From positions 1-35,181 of the forward strand of contig DASRYP010000355.1 in assembly GCA_035687165.1 (NCBI GenBank): DNA of 35,181 nucleotides, given 5' to 3'. Each line of letters opens with the position of its first letter. Position 1 is the stretch's first letter. Source of the DNA: Actinoplanes sp. (GTDB lineage Bacteria; Actinomycetota; Actinomycetes; Mycobacteriales; Micromonosporaceae). Under the pieces are notes generated by a model. The model did not search any database. It saw only the letters and a list, made by a program, of their open reading frames with translations, and was not told the DNA's origin. Positions 8,896 to 18,908 of the stretch are shown in pieces. A program made the position numbers and the translations under genes.

Positions 8896-10440
8896 TCAAC
8901 CGACCCCGGCCGGCTGCGGCATCGCGGGTGTGGTGGCCAGCGGTATACCCGGACCCGAGCTCTCGCTGTGGCCACGCTGCTGGTGGAGGTGTTCGGTGGC
9001 GATGGCGGTGAGGTCGAAGTGGGGCACGAGCCGGTTCTCCTCGGGCGTGCCGATGCTGACCAGCGGCCGTTGCCGGAAGCCGCCGGCGGCCGTGTCGGAC
9101 TCCTCCCAGAGGGACTGTTCGATCGCGTGCAGGTCCGGGACGACGAATCCGACGGTGGTGCCGGCGATGGTCACCAGCAGTACCCGGTCGGTGTCGAGAT
9201 CGGGATCGTGCTGATACCCGAGTAACACGGGCAGGTTGATCAGCGGAATCGTCGTGTGGCGATGGGCGAAGATGCCGATCAGGGGTGCCTGGTCGAGGCG
9301 CACATGGCGGCTGGGGTAGGGCAGGATCTCGTCGATCTGCTCCAGCGGTGTGGCGGCCTCGATCCCGACGCTGTACGTGAGGAACTTGCGCGCACTCGGG
9401 ATGATGCTGTGCCGGTCCCGCCCCGCGACGCCGGTGTCGCCCGGTGGGGCTGCCTCGGCGGCCTGCGAATCGAGCCGCATGTTCAGCGCTCCGAGGTCGG
9501 ACAGTTCGACGTTCTCTCGCAGCGCGCGCCCGTCGAGGACGAGGTATTGGCGGTCGTGGGTGGTGAGCAGCCCGGCGAGCAGGCTGTGCTCCGGGTTCCC
9601 CAGCGCGGGGATGGGCAGGATGTCGTCGGTGGGAACCGTGGTGATGTCGGTGACGTCGGTCGCGGTCAGGGCGATCAGCCCACGTGGCAGGGAGATCACG
9701 ACGCCGCGGCGGGTGTCGGTGCGCGGCTGCTGTCCCAGGCCGAGCAGCGTGATGGGGTCGATGGCCGGGACGGCGTGGTTGTCGAGGTGGGCGACGCCCC
9801 GGCAGATCGGCCCGTCCAGGGGCGAGGCTCGCAACGTGAGGTCGGGCACGACGGTGTGCACATACGTGACATCGATGCACAGGCCGATGGCGCCGCATTC
9901 GAACATCAGCAGGGTACGGCGGGGCACCTGGCCCTGCCCCGCGGCGGCCGCCGCGGTGGCGGCCTGGTCCGGCCGCTGGGCCGGGTCGGTGACGGCGGGG
10001 ATCCCGGGCATGCCGACGATGGTGGCGGCGTCCAGCAACGCGATGACGGCGCTGTCGTCGTCGCGCTCGAAGGTGTGCGAGAACAGGGCCGGTCCGCCCC
10101 CGCCGATATGCACCGCGAGCAGGGCGTCGCCGGCGACGTAGGTGGAACCCTCGATGGCGTCCGCGAGCAGGCCGAACAACCGGCCGTCGCTGGAGACGAT
10201 GATGATGACCTCGCCCGTTCCGGCCGCCGACGGATACCCGGCGAGCAGGCAGGGATCGAGCACCGGGATGACTGTATGGCGCAGGTTGACCGCGCCGAGC
10301 AGCCCGGCTCCCGCGGTCGGCAGCGGGCTGAACTCGGCCGGCCGGACGATGACCTCACGAAGTTCCTCGAGCGGCAGCGCCAACCGCAGACCGCCGGTGC
10401 GGAAGACGCCGTAGAGGGTAGAGGTGACGGTGGTCGTCAT
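8896..10440 (-). CDS. cheW: Triple-domain CheW scaffold protein (514 aa)
   Basis: Three CheW-like units with cores [34 protein letters not shown] and [21 protein letters not shown] overlap with the MCP stop. Confidence 0.87.
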   Translation of the reverse strand: MTTTVTSTLYGVFRTGGLRLALPLEELREVIVRPAEFSPLPTAGAGLLGAVNLRHTVIPVLDPCLLAGYPSAAGTGEVIIIVSSDGRLFGLLADAIEGSTYVAGDALLAVHIGGGGPALFSHTFERDDDSAVIALLDAATIVGMPGIPAVTDPAQRPDQAATAAAAAGQGQVPRRTLLMFECGAIGLCIDVTYVHTVVPDLTLRASPLDGPICRGVAHLDNHAVPAIDPITLLGLGQQPRTDTRRGVVISLPRGLIALTATDVTDITTVPTDDILPIPALGNPEHSLLAGLLTTHDRQYLVLDGRALRENVELSDLGALNMRLDSQAAEAAPPGDTGVAGRDRHSIIPSARKFLTYSVGIEAATPLEQIDEILPYPSRHVRLDQAPLIGIFAHRHTTIPLINLPVLLGYQHDPDLDTDRVLLVTIAGTTVGFVVPDLHAIEQSLWEESDTAAGGFRQRPLVSIGTPEENRLVPHFDLTAIATEHLHQQRGHSESSGPGIPLATTPAMPQPAGVG

Positions 10441-12884
10441 GACGCGGCGCTGCTGTCCACCAGCTCGGTGATGAGCTCGGCGACGTGATGCGACACGGTC
10501 TGCTGTTCCTCGGTCGAGGCGGCGATCCGGCGGATGGTATCGCTGGTCTCGGCGACATTGGACAGGATCTGCCCGAAGGAGCTCTGCGCGCGCTGACTGA
10601 CGGTGGCGCCCTGGCTGACCCGGCCGGCGGACTCGTGGATCAGCTGGCTGATCTCGCGAGCGGCGGCCGAGGATCGTTCGGCCAGCTTGCGTACCTCGCC
10701 GGCGACTACCGAGAAGCCGACGCCGTGCTCACCGGCACGCGCGGCCTCGATGGAGGCGTTGAACGCCAGCAGGTTGGTTTGGCCGGCGATCTCACCGATC
10801 ACCGTGACGATCGCGGCGATCTGCTCCGACGACTTCTGGATCAGCTCGATGGCCTCGATCGACTTGCGCAGCTCCTCGTAGCCCTCCTGAGCGTTGTGGT
10901 GCGTGGTGTCGGCCAAGGTGGTGGCCCGCGCGGCGGCCGTCGTGATCTCGTCGATCGCCGTGGTCAGCGAGGTCACCGACGCCTTCATGTCGTGGGTCTT
11001 GGTGGCCAGTTGGTGTTCCAGCAGGACCTGGTCGGTGATGTCGTACGCGTACTTGACCACCTTGTAAACGACGTTGTGCAGGTCGCGGATGGGGATGTAG
11101 CTGGCCCGAATCCACACCTCCCGGTTGTACTTGCCGACCCGGTGGAACCGGCCGCCGTGGATCTCACCGGCTCCGAGCCGGTGCCAGAAGTCGCGGTACT
11201 CGGGCGAGACGATGTAGTCGGGCGGGCACAGCATCGAGTGGTGCTGACCGATCAGCTCCCGCTCGGTGTAGCCCATGGTGCGCTGGAAGTTGTCGTTCGC
11301 GGCCAGGATGTTGCCGTCGAGATCGAACTCGATGACCGCCTGGGCCAGGCTGATCGCCGTGTCCTTGCCCTCGAACTCGCCAGTGCGTTGCTTGGCGGCC
11401 GTGACATCGATGGCGAACTTGATCACCTTGGCCGGCCGGCCGTCGGCGTCGAGGATCGGGTTGTAGGTGGCTTGCAACCACACATCGTGGCCGTCCTTGG
11501 CGATGCGCCGGTACTCCCCGCCTTGATACTCGCCGCGGCCCAGCCGCTCCCAGAACAGCATGTACGCGGCCCCGGAGGTCTCCGACGAGTCGACGAACAT
11601 GCGGTGGTGATGTCCGACGATCTCGTCGGCGGTGTAGCCCGTGGCGTCGAGGAAGTTCTGGTTCGCGGTCAGGATCGTGCCGTCGAGGGCGAACTCGATG
11701 ACCGCCTGAGACCGGCTGATCGCGGCGACCTTGCCCTCGAACTCGGCGGTGCGGTGCTGCTCCTCGGTGATGTCCGCGGCGAACTTGAACACCTTCATCG
11801 GCCGGCCGTCGGCGTCGAGGACGGGGTTGTACGAGGCCAGCAGCCACACCTCCCGGCCGCCCTTGGCGATGCGCTTGAACTCGCCGGACTCGAACTCGCC
11901 GCGGCCCAGGCGCTTCCAGAATTCGGCGTACTCCGGTCGCTCGGCGCTGCCGGGTGACATGAAGATGCGGTGGTTCTGCCCGACGATCTCGTCAAGGGTG
12001 TAGCCCATGGTGTCCAGGAAGTTCTGGTTCGCGGTCAGAATGGTGCCGTCCATGTCGAATTCGATCATCGCCCGGGACCGGCTGACCGCGGCGATCTTGC
12101 CCTCGAACTCGGCGGTGCGCTGCCGGTCGGCGGTGATGTCCGCGGCGAACTTGACTACCTTGACCGGTCGGCCGTCGGCGCCGAGGATCGGATTGTAGGT
12201 CGCCCGCAACGACAGCGGCCGGCCGTCCTTGGCCAACCGGGTGTATACCCCCGCCTGGAACTGGCCTTCACCCAGCGCCTTCCAGAACTCACGGTACGCG
12301 GTCCCGCGGGCCTCGTGCTCCGACACGAACATGCGGTGGTGCTGACCAACCACCTCCTCGCGGGTGTAGCCCACGGTGTCGAGGAAGTTCTGGTTGGCGT
12401 CCAGGATCGTGCCCGACAGATCGAATTCGATCACCGCTTGGGAGCGGTTGAGGGCAATGATTTTGCCCCGATCGTCCTCGGCGTGCCGCTGGGCGGCCCG
12501 CTGCGCCTCGTCGCCGGGCGCCGGAGTGCGGTCCTCGACTGCCAGCAGCATCGCGCCCCGGTCGTCGACTTCGGCCCCCGTCACGGTGAGCGCGCGCTGC
12601 CGCGCCGAGCCCGGCCACGCCACCACCTCGGCGGGCACGGGCCCCTTCGGACCCGTCTGCACTAGGGCCTGTACCACCGGCCCGGGCACCCCCCACAACG
12701 CGCCCAGAGTCGCCCCGGCGACCTCGTCCGCCGGCAATCCCACCAGCGAGCAGAATGCCGCGTCGGCCGACCGCACGACCGCGGTGCCCGCATCCACGAC
12801 CGCCAGGCAGAACTCGTGGCTGAGAATCTGAGCCGCGGCCTGCTCCACACCTGTCTCGGACAGTGAAAAACTCGAACGCGACAT
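10437..12884 (-). CDS. Soluble multi-PAS methyl-accepting chemotaxis protein (BdlA-like PAS repeats)
   Basis: No TM. One degenerate N-terminal PAS plus four 122-aa PAS/PAC repeats (SQAVIEF..G.IL.ANQNFL). Hairpin tip [48 protein letters not shown]. Confidence 0.95.
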   Translation of the reverse strand: MSRSSFSLSETGVEQAAAQILSHEFCLAVVDAGTAVVRSADAAFCSLVGLPADEVAGATLGALWGVPGPVVQALVQTGPKGPVPAEVVAWPGSARQRALTVTGAEVDDRGAMLLAVEDRTPAPGDEAQRAAQRHAEDDRGKIIALNRSQAVIEFDLSGTILDANQNFLDTVGYTREEVVGQHHRMFVSEHEARGTAYREFWKALGEGQFQAGVYTRLAKDGRPLSLRATYNPILGADGRPVKVVKFAADITADRQRTAEFEGKIAAVSRSRAMIEFDMDGTILTANQNFLDTMGYTLDEIVGQNHRIFMSPGSAERPEYAEFWKRLGRGEFESGEFKRIAKGGREVWLLASYNPVLDADGRPMKVFKFAADITEEQHRTAEFEGKVAAISRSQAVIEFALDGTILTANQNFLDATGYTADEIVGHHHRMFVDSSETSGAAYMLFWERLGRGEYQGGEYRRIAKDGHDVWLQATYNPILDADGRPAKVIKFAIDVTAAKQRTGEFEGKDTAISLAQAVIEFDLDGNILAANDNFQRTMGYTERELIGQHHSMLCPPDYIVSPEYRDFWHRLGAGEIHGGRFHRVGKYNREVWIRASYIPIRDLHNVVYKVVKYAYDITDQVLLEHQLATKTHDMKASVTSLTTAIDEITTAAARATTLADTTHHNAQEGYEELRKSIEAIELIQKSSEQIAAIVTVIGEIAGQTNLLAFNASIEAARAGEHGVGFSVVAGEVRKLAERSSAAAREISQLIHESAGRVSQGATVSQRAQSSFGQILSNVAETSDTIRRIAASTEEQQTVSHHVAELITELVDSSAAS
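11030..12470 (-). repeat. Four internal PAS-coding repeats with a 366-bp period
   Basis: The gaactc of the recurring ttgccctcgaactc word is at 11373, 11739 and 12105, exactly 366 bp apart. Outer boundaries are approximate. Confidence 0.85.
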
Positions 12885-13051
12885 GTCTGCTCCTGATTCC
12901 GGTAAACGATCTCGTCTTCCCCTTCGACTGGTCGGCGACCGTGGTTAACGAACGGCGGTGAGCATTGGGTTGCAATGCCGTCGCACGACGAGGTCGTCGC
13001 GGCAGGACGGCGGGTGTTCCGCGGGAGGAAGGGTTCCGGAGCTGACGAGGC

Positions 13052-13293
13052 GTGGGGAAGTCGCCGGAAGGAGCCCTGGCCGTGCTCCTCGCCGGCAACC
13101 GACGATTCGTCGGCGGTCATGCCGAACACCCGCATCAGACGCCGACGCGGGGGTCCGGGCCACCGTGAAGGCGCAGACCGCCGCGATTCTCGCGCAGAGC
13201 GGCATCGTCCGGGAACGGGTCGAGAAAGGCGCGATGGCGGTCGTCGGAGCTCGGTACAACATGGACACCGGGTGGGTCGAGGTAGTGGCCTGA
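13052..13293 (+). pseudogene. Beta-class carbonic anhydrase pseudogene (catalytic core deleted, frameshifted)
   Basis: The frame from GTG 13052 gives the N-terminus KSPEGALAVLLAGNRRFVGGHAEHPHQ. A different frame from about 13144 gives the C-terminus DAGVRATVKAQ...VVGARYNMDTGWVEVVA. The CxDxR and HxxC zinc motifs are absent. Confidence 0.82.
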
Positions 13294-13343
13294 ACCACCT
13301 TGAGCGAATACACGTACACCACCGAATTCGAGGGCGCGACCCG

Positions 13344-14750
13344 TCACGTACGACGTGGTTCAGCCATAGCGGAACCCGCGGGCAGCGTGACGACCGCGTC
13401 GAGGCCACCCGCCCGGCCGGCCCGCAGCAGTGCGGTGCCGCCGCTGGCCTCGGCGAGCGTCCGGACCAAAGACAGGCCCAGTCCGGTGCCGTCGGTGCCC
13501 GCGCCGGGCGCCCGCCAGAACGGATCGAGGGCGCGGGTTCGCTGGTCCGCGGTGAGCCCGGGGCCCTCGTCGAGGACGTGCAATTCGACCATCGGGCGGC
13601 TTTCGGCGTGCGGGACCGGGCGCCAGGTGATGGTCACCGTGCTGCCTCGTGGGGCGACGCGCAGGGCGTTGGACAGCAGATTGTCGAGGATCTGATCGAC
13701 GGCGGCGGGAATGGCCTGGACGGTCGTGTCGTCGGGGCCGCCCGCCCGCAGAAGTACGCCTTCGCTGGTGGCCAGCGGTGCCCAGAAGCCGGTTCGCTCG
13801 GCGACGGTGCCGGCCAGCGCGTCCGTCTCCCGGGGCAGCGTGGTCTGCTCGGCCCGGGTCATGGCCAGCAGCGATTCGACCATCCGGGCCAGGCGGTCGG
13901 TCTCGTTCAGCGCGGCCCGCAGGTTCTGACCGCCGGCGGTCATGATGTCGGGTTCGAGGTTCTCCAGCCGGAGGCGAAGGGCCGCCAGTGGTGTCTTGAG
14001 CTGGTGCGAGGCGTGCCCGTTGAACGAGCGTTGCGACGCGATCAGCCCGTTCAGCCGATCGGCGGTCGCTTGGAAGGTCGAGGCCAGGCGGTGCACTTCC
14101 GGCGGCCCGGTGGTGGTGGACAACGCCGTGAGCAGGGACCCGTCGGTCATCGTCCGGGTGGTCAGCTCCAGGGCTCGGATCGGTCGGCTGATCCACCTCG
14201 CCAGGGCGAACGCGATGACGGCGGCCCCGGTCAGGACGAGCAGGCCGGCCGCCACCAGCAGGAGCTGGAACTGTTTGACGCGTTTCGCCACGGCGGCGGC
14301 CGGCACGCTGACCCGGAGGGCGCCACGCGGTGCCAGGCCCGGATTCACCGCGACGGCCACCGACAACATCGGCACCCCGGCTGACCTGACTGTGCGGGTG
14401 CTGACCCGGCCGTGCCCGTGCAGCACCGCCTGAATGTCCTCGCCCGATGTCGCGGCGAACGGTGGGCCTGGGCGGTTCGTGCTGGCCAGCAACTCGCCGC
14501 GGGCGTTCGTGACGTCGACCTGCCCGCCGAGTCGCAGGGCCGACTCCCGGGCCAGGAACTCCATCTGGGGTACGTCGTGGCGGGCCACCGCCAGGTCGAC
14601 GAAGACCGCGAGGACCTCGGCGTCGTGTTCGAGCTCCTCGAAGGCTTGTTGCTGTTCGTTGCGGTGTTGCGCGAAGGCCAGCGGCAGCTCCAGCCCCAGC
14701 AGGATCAGCAGGGCGAACGAGACGTACGTGACCAGCAGCCGACGGGTCAC
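13344..14750 (-). CDS. Membrane sensor histidine kinase (2 TM, HAMP, HisKA, HATPase)
   Basis: Starts VTRRLLVTY with a GTGA overlap on the regulator stop. H-box ASHQLKTPL, then NLLSNA, DEGPG and GTGLGL. Confidence 0.92.
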   Translation of the reverse strand: MTRRLLVTYVSFALLILLGLELPLAFAQHRNEQQQAFEELEHDAEVLAVFVDLAVARHDVPQMEFLARESALRLGGQVDVTNARGELLASTNRPGPPFAATSGEDIQAVLHGHGRVSTRTVRSAGVPMLSVAVAVNPGLAPRGALRVSVPAAAVAKRVKQFQLLLVAAGLLVLTGAAVIAFALARWISRPIRALELTTRTMTDGSLLTALSTTTGPPEVHRLASTFQATADRLNGLIASQRSFNGHASHQLKTPLAALRLRLENLEPDIMTAGGQNLRAALNETDRLARMVESLLAMTRAEQTTLPRETDALAGTVAERTGFWAPLATSEGVLLRAGGPDDTTVQAIPAAVDQILDNLLSNALRVAPRGSTVTITWRPVPHAESRPMVELHVLDEGPGLTADQRTRALDPFWRAPGAGTDGTGLGLSLVRTLAEASGGTALLRAGRAGGLDAVVTLPAGSAMAEPRRT

Positions 14751-15511
14751 CGGGGCGCTGCCGCGGCCGACGGCCAGGTCCGGCGGCCCACCGCGTGGAT
14801 CCGGGCCACCAGTTCCCGCAGGCTGAACGGTTTGGCCAGATAGTCGTCGGCGCCCAGGTCCAGGCCCCGTACCCGGTCGGCCTCGGCACCGCGCGCCGTC
14901 AGCATGATCACCGGTACGCCGCTGGTCCGCCGGAGCCGCCGGAACACGTCGAGGCCGTCGATGTCCGGCAGCCCCAGATCCAGCAGCACCAGGTCCGCGG
15001 GCGGCGCGGCGAGCGCCTGCGCGCCGGTGGTCACCCGGGCGGCCACGATTCCGTACCGGGCGAGGCCTTCGACCAGGGGCGCGGCGATCGAGTCGTCGTC
15101 CTCGACGAGCAGGGCCCGCATCTCCGACGGCACAGCCTGCTCCGGGAACGACGACGCAGGCCGGGGAGCCGTGCCTTCGAGCGCGGCTCCGATCGCCGAC
15201 TTGATGCTCGCCGGGATCAGGACCGCGCGGATCACTCGCGCGTCGGCGACTTCCGACATCCGCTGGATCGCGACGTCCACCGGTCCGCACACGATGATCG
15301 GGATCTCGGTCAGGGCCGCACAGACCTGAAGCGGACTCAGATCGGCCAGCCGGCTGTCGATGATGAGCAGGTCGGGCCGTCCGGAGCGGGCCTCGGCCAC
15401 GGCGGAGGCACCCGAACGGCACAGCGTCACGGTGTGCCCGGCCCGCTCCAGCAGCGCCTGGACCATGCGGCGGCCTTCCGCGGTACGGAGGGCGGCAACA
15501 ATGTACGCCAC
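14747..15511 (-). CDS. Response regulator with two receiver domains and no DNA-binding domain
   Basis: The N-terminal REC is degenerate (RPDLLIID). The second is an intact OmpR-type REC (LLVEDDD, VLLDLGLPD, MLTAR, KPF). The stop comes about 10 aa after the receiver. GAAGGGG RBS. Confidence 0.8.
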   Translation of the reverse strand: MAYIVAALRTAEGRRMVQALLERAGHTVTLCRSGASAVAEARSGRPDLLIIDSRLADLSPLQVCAALTEIPIIVCGPVDVAIQRMSEVADARVIRAVLIPASIKSAIGAALEGTAPRPASSFPEQAVPSEMRALLVEDDDSIAAPLVEGLARYGIVAARVTTGAQALAAPPADLVLLDLGLPDIDGLDVFRRLRRTSGVPVIMLTARGAEADRVRGLDLGADDYLAKPFSLRELVARIHAVGRRTWPSAAAAPR

Positions 15512-15700
15512 GGCCCGATCACCCCTTCGTCGCAGTGAAGTCAGATGCGTGACCGTCGCAGATGACCCTTTGGTCGCCCTGAGCGTTGGCTGAGTCCGCT
15601 GATCGAGTCAGCGGGGTTGCCGACGTGGTGGAACACCGGCGTTGCGGGCCGGCAGCGGGCCGATCTGCTCGCCTGAGTACCGGATGCCCTGGTCGCAGCG

Positions 15701-16255
15701 GTGCCGGCCGAGCCCTCTACCGTGGTGCGGGTGAGAGTCACCAACGTGCGTACCGAAACCGGGGACCTTGTCACACTGCGGTTCGCGCCGGACCGTGTCC
15801 AGGTGCAGCGGACCGTCCCCGCCCGGCAACGGGCCGCGCGGGCGTGCGCCGGTGGGCTGATCGCCGCGGCCGGCCTGGCCGCGGTCGCCGCCAACGCGGG
15901 GAACAGCGGACTCGACGTCGTCCGCCTCGTCTTCTGGATCGCCGCGGCGGTGGTCGTGCTGGTCGGTGTGGTCGGCGGCGGGGTGTGGTGGCTCCTGCTC
16001 GCCACGCGCGGCCGGGCCGACCGGACCTCGGCCATCCTGGCGTCGTCGGTGCTCGGCGCGCAGAGCACGACCGCCGACGGCGCGGTCACCGTTTCGCTGA
16101 CGCTCGCCGCCGAGGCGAGGCTGACGCCTGACGCCGCGCCGGCCGGGATGCTCGCCGACGCGCCGACCCGGACGTTCACCGCTGCCGGTCACGCCGGCAG
16201 TGTGCTGTCGACCGAGTTCGGCCGCCTGCTGGACCCGGCCCCCGCCGACCGGTGA
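15701..16255 (+). CDS. Hypothetical membrane protein (2 TM)
   Basis: Two hydrophobic segments and high-GC codon usage. The start is uncertain. Confidence 0.6.
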   Translation: MPAEPSTVVRVRVTNVRTETGDLVTLRFAPDRVQVQRTVPARQRAARACAGGLIAAAGLAAVAANAGNSGLDVVRLVFWIAAAVVVLVGVVGGGVWWLLLATRGRADRTSAILASSVLGAQSTTADGAVTVSLTLAAEARLTPDAAPAGMLADAPTRTFTAAGHAGSVLSTEFGRLLDPAPADR

Positions 16256-16277
16256 CCGCCCCGCCCCGGCGCGTGTC

Positions 16278-16811
16278 TCAGGCCGGGCCGGGCATGGAAC
16301 TGCGTTCGCCGCCGTTGGCGAGCACGACCGACCCGTTGAGGTAGCTGCTCCGCTCGTCGATCAGGAACAGCACGACGTCGGCGATCTCGTCGGGCTCCGC
16401 CATCCGGCCGCGAATGGTGGCCTGCCCGAGCATCTCGATGTTCTCGCCGAACATCTGCTCGGTACCGGCGGTGCGCACCGGCCCCGGGGAGACCCCGTTG
16501 ACGCGGACTCCGGCGGCGCCGAACTCGGTGGCCCAGGAGCGGGTGAGAAGTTCCATCGCGGCCTTGGACGCGCCGTACGCCGCGCCGATCGGCGCCGGTG
16601 AGGTGGCCGCGGTCGACGTGACGTTGACGATGGCGCCGTAGCCGCGGTTCGCCATCGCGGGCGCCAGGGCACCCACCAGCAGGAAAGGCGCCCGCGTGTT
16701 GAGGGCGACGTGCCGGTCGAAGCTCGCCGCCGTGGTGTCCGGCGTGCTGGTGAAGTCGTAGATGCCCGCGTTGTTGACCAGGATGTCCACCGGCCCGGCA
16801 CCGGCGGCCAG
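16278..16811 (-). pseudogene. SDR oxidoreductase, 5'-truncated
   Basis: Keeps VDILVNNAG, YGASKA and VRVNGVSPG but lacks the N-terminal TGxxxGxG motif and a native start. Confidence 0.85.
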
Positions 16812-17021
16812 TGGCAGGCGCTGCTGCACGACGGCCTGCACGCCATGCGGCGCCGCGGGGAGCTGCGCCCCGACGCGGATCTCGACGAGCTCGCCCTCGC
16901 CCTGCTGACCGCGCTGCAAGGCGGAACGATCCTCAGCCAGACGTTGCGCGACACGCGGCCGCTGCGCGCCTCGATGAACGCGGCCCTGGCCTATATCCGC
17001 TCGTTCGCGCCGCTCTCGTGA
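16806..17021 (+). pseudogene. TetR-family regulator, C-terminal fragment (HTH lost)
   Basis: QWQALLHDGLHAMRRRGELRPDADLDELALALLTALQGGTILSQ...AALAYIRSF is a typical TetR C-terminal domain with no N-terminal HTH. Confidence 0.8.
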
Positions 17022-17027
17022 GAGCCG

Positions 17028-18302
17028 TCAGCGGGCCGGTGCGGGGTGCTTCTCGAGGGCATCGCGCAGAGTGGTCGCCCGTAGGGCGGCGTTGATTCCC
17101 AGCCAGCGGATCGGCTCGGGCTCCCACTGCCGGGAGCGGTGCCCGACCCACGGCAGCCGCGTCCGCTCGGTCTGCTCGCCGGCGATCAGATCCGCGAGCG
17201 TGCGCCCGGCCAGGTTGGCCGCCGCGACCCCGTCACCCACATAGCCGCCGGCCCAGGCGACCCCGTCCTCGAGCCCGACCGAGGGCATCCAGTCGCGGGG
17301 GATCCCAAGTGGACCGCCCCAGCGGTACGCGATTCCGGGCCGGATGCCGAACATGTCGGTCAACGTCTCGCGGAGGCTGTCGAAGACCTCAGGCACCTGA
17401 TCGTACGAGGGCTGGACGCGCGACCCGAAGTGATAGGGAGCGCCGCGGCCGCCGAACGCCAAGCGGTCGTCGGCGGTGCGTTGCCCGTAAATGATCATGT
17501 GGCGCTCGTCCGTGAACGTCTCCCGGCGGCCCAGGCCGATGCGCTCCCAGTCCGCGGCCCCCAACGGTTCGGTGGCGATCATCAACGAGTAGACCGGGGC
17601 GAGCGCCCGACGATGCCCCGCGAGCTGTGCCGTGTAGCCCTCAAGCGCGCGCACCACCGTGCCCGCCGTGACAGTGCCGTGGGCGGTCACGACGGTCCCG
17701 TGATCCAGCGAGCGCACGCGTGTGCCCTCGTGAATGGTCACGCCGTGCCGCTCGACCGCGTCCGCGAGACCCCGTACCAGCCGGGCGGGGTGCAGGGCCG
17801 CGCAGTCGGGGCGGTAGACGCCGCCGAGCACGTCGGTCGCGCCGCAGATCGCCTTCGCCTCGGCCGCGGGCAGGAACCCCGGCGAGTTCCGGGCCCGGCG
17901 GAACTGGGCGGGGGAGCGGGCCAGCGAAATGGTGCCGCCCTTGGCGTAGTGGCAGTCGATGCCCTCGGCGGCAGCGGCCCGCCCGACCTCGTCGACCGCA
18001 CCGGCCAGCGCGGCGTGCATCGCCGCCGCCTGAACCGCGCCGTAGCGGCGGGCGAGCTTCTCCTCGTCCACGGGGAAGAGCCCGGACGCCCAGCCGCCGT
18101 TGCGTCCCGAGGCGCCGAACCCGCAGTACTCCGCCTCGAGCACCACGATCGACAGATGCGGCGCGTTCCGTGCCAGATAATAGGCCGTCCACAGTCCGGT
18201 GTAGCCGCCCCCGGCGATCGCGACGTCGTACGACCGGTCGCCGGGAAGCGGCGCCCGGGGCGGCACGGGGCCGAGGGTGCTGAGCCAGAAGGACGGGATC
18301 AT
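17028..18302 (-). CDS. FAD-dependent oxidoreductase (PuuB/DadA-like; probably amine or polyamine catabolism)
   Basis: SFWL N-terminus, DVAIAGGGYTGLWTAY, GASGRNGG, GGYVGDGV and WEPEP. ATGA overlap with the Lrp stop. Confidence 0.9.
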   Translation of the reverse strand: MIPSFWLSTLGPVPPRAPLPGDRSYDVAIAGGGYTGLWTAYYLARNAPHLSIVVLEAEYCGFGASGRNGGWASGLFPVDEEKLARRYGAVQAAAMHAALAGAVDEVGRAAAAEGIDCHYAKGGTISLARSPAQFRRARNSPGFLPAAEAKAICGATDVLGGVYRPDCAALHPARLVRGLADAVERHGVTIHEGTRVRSLDHGTVVTAHGTVTAGTVVRALEGYTAQLAGHRRALAPVYSLMIATEPLGAADWERIGLGRRETFTDERHMIIYGQRTADDRLAFGGRGAPYHFGSRVQPSYDQVPEVFDSLRETLTDMFGIRPGIAYRWGGPLGIPRDWMPSVGLEDGVAWAGGYVGDGVAAANLAGRTLADLIAGEQTERTRLPWVGHRSRQWEPEPIRWLGINAALRATTLRDALEKHPAPAR

Positions 18303-18757
18303 CTGGTTCCCCACGCGTAGGTCTGCTTCGCCAGCTTCAGATACATGAACGTCTCGCACGAGGTGACGCCCTTGATCGAGCGGACCTTCTCGTTCAGCAG
18401 GTCGAGCAGGTGCTCGTCGTCGGTGCAGACCAGCTCGACCAGCAGGTCGTAACCGCCCGCGCAGATCACCACGTAGTCGACCTCGGGGATCGTGGCGAGC
18501 TCGTCGGCGATCGCGCGCAGGTCGCCGTTCACCTTGAGCCCCACCATCGCCTGCCGGGCGAAGCCGAGCGTGAGCGGATCGGTGACCGCCACGATCTGCA
18601 TCAGGCCGCCGTCGAGCAGGCGTTGCACGCGCTGGCGTACGGCTGCCTCGGAGAGGCCGATCGTCTTGGCCAGCGTCGCGTAGGACATCCGTCCGTCGCG
18701 CTGCAGGTGCTCGATGATCTGCTTGTTGATGTCGTCCAGTGCCAGGTCCGCGGTCAC
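18299..18757 (-). CDS. Lrp/AsnC-family transcriptional regulator
   Basis: HTH LDDINKQIIEHLQRDGRMSY...GLSEAAVRQRVQRL and a C-terminal GGYDLLVE. The start (GTG 18757) is approximate. Confidence 0.92.
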   Translation of the reverse strand: MTADLALDDINKQIIEHLQRDGRMSYATLAKTIGLSEAAVRQRVQRLLDGGLMQIVAVTDPLTLGFARQAMVGLKVNGDLRAIADELATIPEVDYVVICAGGYDLLVELVCTDDEHLLDLLNEKVRSIKGVTSCETFMYLKLAKQTYAWGTR

Positions 18758-18908
18758 GCCGCGATTCTTCCCGTCCGCTGGCTGCACGGCAATCGAATCA
18801 CTCGTTCGGTTCGTGGCCGTCGATGGAATCCGTACCGCGACGCCCCTCCCGGCCCTCGGCGTTCCGCGTTTATCGCGGCACCGATCGCGGCCGCTCCCCA
18901 TGAGCCGT

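Noticed and set aside
11030-12470. Regularly spaced repeats as a CRISPR array or mobile repeat
   Set aside because: The 366-bp period is in frame and codes for PAS domains. There are no spacers or cas genes.
12931-12962. FliA promoter for the MCP (CTCA...GCCGAC on the minus strand)
   Set aside because: The spacer is 22 nt, outside the 15-17 range.
14751-15422. N-terminal extension of the kinase in the 692-aa ORF
   Set aside because: It is an off-frame read through the regulator. The coupled GTG at 14750 gives a normal kinase.
16812-16919. N-terminus of the 213-aa SDR ORF
   Set aside because: It is the antisense of the TetR fragment and has no Rossmann motif.
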